A DNA stretch of 50,999 bases from Syntrophomonadaceae bacterium. GTDB lineage: Bacteria; Bacillota; Dethiobacteria; DTU022. The notes beneath the pieces are model-generated. The model worked only from the letters and a program-made list of their open reading frames with translations, made no database searches and was not told where the DNA came from. Position 1 is the stretch's first letter. Every line of letters begins with the position of its first letter. The DNA lies in NCBI GenBank assembly GCA_003554395.1, contig PWGD01000097.1:1-50999 (forward strand). The letters run 5' to 3'. Shown piece after piece: positions 48,044 through 50,999 of this stretch. The position numbers and the translations under genes are program-made.

Positions 48044-48490
48044 TTAAGCCTTCGCTTCCACTATAATGGCGATCTCGGCTTTGATGCCCGCATGTAATTT
48101 TACAGCTACAGTATGGCTGCCAATAGTTTTGATGGGGCCTTCAGCTTCTATGTCTTTTTTATCTACCTCGAAACCTTTTTCTGAGAGCTTCGCGGCAATA
48201 TCGGCCGGGGTCACCGATCCAAACAGGCGCCCGCCTTCACCGGCCGGCATTTCCATAACCAGTTCAACTGCTTTAAGTTTTTCAGCCAGTTCTCGGGCCT
48301 GCTCTTCCTGCTGTCTGCCGAGCATTTCTTCTTTTTCCTGCCGTTTTTTCCAGTCGCGGATCCGCTGGGGGGTAGCCTCTACGGCCATGCCCTTTGGGAG
48401 AAGAAGGTTACGGGCATAACCTGGAGCGACATCTTTCAGTTCACCCTTTTTCCCCAGGTTGGGAACATCCTGCTGCAGAATGATCTGCAT
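48044..48490 (-). CDS. rplI: 50S ribosomal protein L9
   Basis: MQIILQQDVPNLGKKG...GYARNLL, GRLFGSVT; AAGGAG RBS. Confidence 0.96.
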   Translation of the reverse strand: MQIILQQDVPNLGKKGELKDVAPGYARNLLLPKGMAVEATPQRIRDWKKRQEKEEMLGRQQEEQARELAEKLKAVELVMEMPAGEGGRLFGSVTPADIAAKLSEKGFEVDKKDIEAEGPIKTIGSHTVAVKLHAGIKAEIAIIVEAKA

Positions 48491-48517
48491 TGCCACACAC
48501 TCCTTCCGAAGTTTCAC

Positions 48518-48598
48518 ATGCCGGGGGGAAGGTCCCATGGTCTTGCCTACCGGACCTTCACTTTGCTACGGTGACCATCGAACCGTCCCCGCAGGCAT
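48518..48598. repeat. Imperfect inverted repeat with the GGGGACGGTTC core in the rplI leader
   Basis: ATGCCGGGGGGAAGGTCCCATGGTC (48518-48542) versus GACCATCGAACCGTCCCCGCAGGCAT (48573-48598). Confidence 0.7.
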
Positions 48599-48634
48599 TG
48601 CTCAACCGCTTACTTCTCGCTATACTACTACTAA

Positions 48635-48661
48635 ATTCTCCTCGTAAGTTATTACTCCTGC
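48635..48661 (-). promoter_or_regulatory. Candidate sigma-H promoter upstream of rplI-dnaB
   Basis: GCAGGA-N17-GAAT, downstream of the rpsR terminator. Confidence 0.4.
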
Positions 48662-48673
48662 CGAACTGAGCAT

Positions 48674-48707
48674 AAAAAAAGTGCCCGGATTTCGATCCCG
48701 ACACCTT
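48674..48707 (-). terminator. Intrinsic terminator of rpsF-ssb-rpsR
   Basis: GTGTCGGGAT-CGAA-ATCCGGGCAC followed by TTTTTTT. Confidence 0.8.
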
Positions 48708-48743
48708 TTAAAGCCGGTAGGCCCGGCCCTGTACTGCCATATT

Positions 48744-48974
48744 TTACTCCATAGTATAGGGAAGCAAAGCCATTATCCTGGCCCTTTTTATAGCCCGGGT
48801 CAGCTGCCGCTGGTGCCGGGCACAATTTCCCGAAATACGACGCGGAAGAACTTTCCCTCTTTCAGTCATAAACCGTCTTAATTTATCGTACTGCTTGTAA
48901 TCTATATGCTGAATCTTATCTACACAATAACTGCAGATCTTTTTTTTCGGTTTTCTTCCTCGATCTCGTCTCAT
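48744..48974 (-). CDS. rpsR: 30S ribosomal protein S18
   Basis: [26 protein letters not shown]. Confidence 0.97.
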   Translation of the reverse strand: MRRDRGRKPKKKICSYCVDKIQHIDYKQYDKLRRFMTERGKVLPRRISGNCARHQRQLTRAIKRARIMALLPYTME

Positions 48975-48992
48975 TTAATCAACCTCCTTCTG

Positions 48993-49400
48993 CTAAAAAG
49001 GAACATCATCGCCACTGATCTCCAAATCGTCAACTTCTTGATTGGGGCTTTCACCCGATCCAGTATCTTCAGAACTGCGGGGCCGATCCAGAAAGCGAAC
49101 GTCATTGGCTACCACTTCGGCCACTTTTCGCCTTACGCCCTGGCTGTCATCAAAGGAGCGAATTTGCAAACGCCCGCTTACGGCGCACTGACTGCCTTTT
49201 TTTAGGTAGTTGGCACAATTCTCAGCCTGTTTTCGCCAGGTCACAATTTTTATAAAATCCGCTTCTCTCTCGCCCTGCTGGTTGGTGAAAGGACGGTCAA
49301 CGGCCAGCGTAAAAGTGGCAACCGGCACTCCGCTGCCGGCGGTGTAGCGCAGCTCTGGATCGTGGGTTAGACGACCGATCAAGACTACCTGGTTTAGCAT
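48993..49400 (-). CDS. ssb: Single-stranded DNA-binding protein
   Basis: [16 protein letters not shown]-terminal DDVPF. Confidence 0.97.
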   Translation of the reverse strand: MLNQVVLIGRLTHDPELRYTAGSGVPVATFTLAVDRPFTNQQGEREADFIKIVTWRKQAENCANYLKKGSQCAVSGRLQIRSFDDSQGVRRKVAEVVANDVRFLDRPRSSEDTGSGESPNQEVDDLEISGDDVPF

Positions 49401-49421
49401 TTTAGATGAACCTCCCGGTCA

Positions 49422-49997
49422 TTACTCTTTTTCTGCCTCTTCAGAAGGCTGCTCGCCTTCACTTTCTTCTGTGTTCACCGTTTCAGGACCTGGTGTTGTA
49501 TTCGTTTGGCCCTGTTCCGGGGCTCCTACTTCAGCAGCTCCGGAAACAGCACCTTCCGCATCGCCCGCGGTTTTCGTTTCTTCCGCTCCGGCGACATCTT
49601 CCGCTTCAGAAGCGCCTGCAGCTTTGGCAACCTCTTCGGTTTCAGCAACCTCTTCCGTTTCAGCGGCCTCTTCCTCCGCCGACTCTTCGGCGGCGGCTGC
49701 TTCGTAATAATCCTCTTCTACCCGGACAATTAAAAATCTAAGCACAGCATCGCTGACTTTGAAGAAGTGTTCTATTTCGGGAATTATGGTGCCTTGACCT
49801 TTGAAGTAAAGCAGGTAATAGTGACCTTCTACGTGTTTTTCAATCTCGTAAGCAAGCCGGCGCCTGCGCCAGTCAACTGTTTTGTCGACCAGGCCACCAT
49901 TCCCGGTGATGGTATCTTGTAAACCGTTTAAAACTTCTTCTTGCTCTTCCGTCTCCAGATCGGGACGGATAATAAACATTATTTCATAAAGTCCCAT
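49422..49997 (-). CDS. rpsF: 30S ribosomal protein S6 with a long acidic C-terminal extension
   Basis: YEIMFIIRP, W.RRRLAYEI, VLRFLIVR; about 95 extra Ala/Glu-rich residues. Confidence 0.95.
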   Translation of the reverse strand: MGLYEIMFIIRPDLETEEQEEVLNGLQDTITGNGGLVDKTVDWRRRRLAYEIEKHVEGHYYLLYFKGQGTIIPEIEHFFKVSDAVLRFLIVRVEEDYYEAAAAEESAEEEAAETEEVAETEEVAKAAGASEAEDVAGAEETKTAGDAEGAVSGAAEVGAPEQGQTNTTPGPETVNTEESEGEQPSEEAEKE

Positions 49998-50045
49998 CTT
50001 TTATCACCTCCCTCTGGACTTGCGGCCCCGTAAGGAGCAGGGATT
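49998..50045 (-). promoter_or_regulatory. rpsF leader (S6:S18-binding autoregulatory RNA)
   Basis: CCCTGCTCCTTACGGGGCCGCAAGTCCAGAGGGAGGTG closely resembles the Firmicute rpsF leader as I recall it (short hairpin, CCG motif, stem occluding the SD). Confidence 0.7.
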
Positions 50046-50055
50046 TTCCTGAAAC

Positions 50056-50084
50056 ATAATAGCACAAGAAGCCTGACAAGGCAA
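50056..50084 (-). promoter_or_regulatory. Sigma-A promoter of the rpsF operon
   Basis: TTGCCT-N17-TATTAT with a TG extension. Confidence 0.6.
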
Positions 50085-50102
50085 GCTAGCCTGATTTTTA
50101 AA

Positions 50103-50999
50103 TCAGGCCTGGGAATCTTCCCGGTAGGCCGGGCTGCGCTTGATTATTTCCAGGATGCCCCTGACGGTACCGGCGGCAGGAACCGCCAGGACCATGCCCA
50201 GCAGGCCGGCCAGGCTCCCGCCGACCAGGATTGATACGATTATAGTAATCGGGCGCAGATTAATGATCCTGCCAAGCACAACCGGGGCCAGGAACATGCC
50301 GTCCAGAATTTGGATGCCCACATAGATCAGGATGATCAGGAGGGGCGAAGGAGTGATGGGAGAGAAACTGAGCAGGAGGGCGGGGATAACGGCAATGTAC
50401 GGTCCGATGTAAAGAATAAAATTAAAAACCCCGGCGATTAGCCCCAGTAACATGGCATAGGGCATGCCAATGATCAGCAGCACCAGGGCAGTAATAATGC
50501 CGACCGCAAAACAGCGGATCAGTGATCCCCTGATAAAAGTCCCCACATTGGCATCGATTACCCCAATCAGCTCTTTAACCAGGGGCCTGCTTTTGACCGG
50601 CACCAGTTCAACCAGTTCTGCCCTGACCAGGTGGAAGTCATAGAGTAAATAAAAAACCAAAAACAGGACCAGGAAGAAATCGACGGTGCCCACTATCAGC
50701 TGCAGCGAGGCTTCGGCCAGATACTCGAGACCCTGGTGGATATTCTCGGTCAGGCCAACCAGGTATCCCCTGACCTCCTCTTCAACTTCAAAAATAATAA
50801 TCTGCTGTGACAACCATGACATGTATTCCTGGAAGCGGGCCAGGTAATGAGGAAAGCTCTCGGCCAGCTCGGTGGCTTCAAAATAAATCACCGGGACAAG
50901 CAAGCTGACTACAAAGGCGCAAAATAATAAAAATGCAAGAAAAACCAGCCCCGTGGCCAGTCCGTGGCTGATCTTAAAGCGTTTCTTGAGGAAGTTCAA
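50103..50999 (-). CDS. AI-2E family transporter (5' end probably beyond the window)
   Basis: Multi-TM; FNFILYIGP, QILDG...P..LG, GGSLAGLLGMVLAVP. Confidence 0.88.
   Translation of the reverse strand: MNFLKKRFKISHGLATGLVFLAFLLFCAFVVSLLVPVIYFEATELAESFPHYLARFQEYMSWLSQQIIIFEVEEEVRGYLVGLTENIHQGLEYLAEASLQLIVGTVDFFLVLFLVFYLLYDFHLVRAELVELVPVKSRPLVKELIGVIDANVGTFIRGSLIRCFAVGIITALVLLIIGMPYAMLLGLIAGVFNFILYIGPYIAVIPALLLSFSPITPSPLLIILIYVGIQILDGMFLAPVVLGRIINLRPITIIVSILVGGSLAGLLGMVLAVPAAGTVRGILEIIKRSPAYREDSQA

Noticed and set aside
4008-50325. Many + strand ORFs in the track (e.g. 11451-12266, 12849-13598, 24470-25195, 27995-28561)
   Set aside because: They are antisense shadows of well-identified minus-strand genes with no recognisable motifs; only nikR is accepted on the + strand.

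Overview
Chromosomal window from an anaerobic Firmicute (Clostridia/Dethiobacteria-like; taxonomy inferred only from gene content and order). Nearly everything is on the minus strand. From right to left: AI-2E transporter; rpsF-ssb-rpsR; rplI-dnaB-FAD oxidoreductase; M23 peptidase; walR-walK-yycH-yycI-murA-htrA; metalloenzyme, MBL hydrolase, Na+/Ca2+ antiporter, rho; a lactate cassette (GlcD/LctD-like dehydrogenase, larA, lctP) lying between rho and rpmE; DUF1385-prfA-prmC; nikR (+ strand); Na/Pi cotransporter, sua5, ywlE-like phosphatase, rpiB, dCMP deaminase; a nine-gene Na+-type A/V-ATPase operon; PHP protein; gap plus a cupin-type pgi; the DUF39/NIL-ferredoxin/UPF0280 homocysteine trio; tRNA-Thr(CGT). 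Below the tRNA 3' end is a partly AT-rich accessory islet with mazEF, a hypothetical gene, a TraB/GumN remnant, a 33-aa membrane peptide and a penicillin acylase (the last three are missing from the ORF track). The most notable non-coding signal is a family of ~28-31 bp repeats with a GGGACGGTTC core. They form perfect inverted pairs bracketing the lactate cassette, follow stop codons closely, and recur in degenerate form in the rplI leader, both places where gene order departs from the usual Firmicute pattern. Several other intergenic stretches look like structured RNAs. I saw no CRISPR array, integrase or transposase, and I cannot show that any of this is a new system. All calls come from motif recognition by eye; no searches were run.
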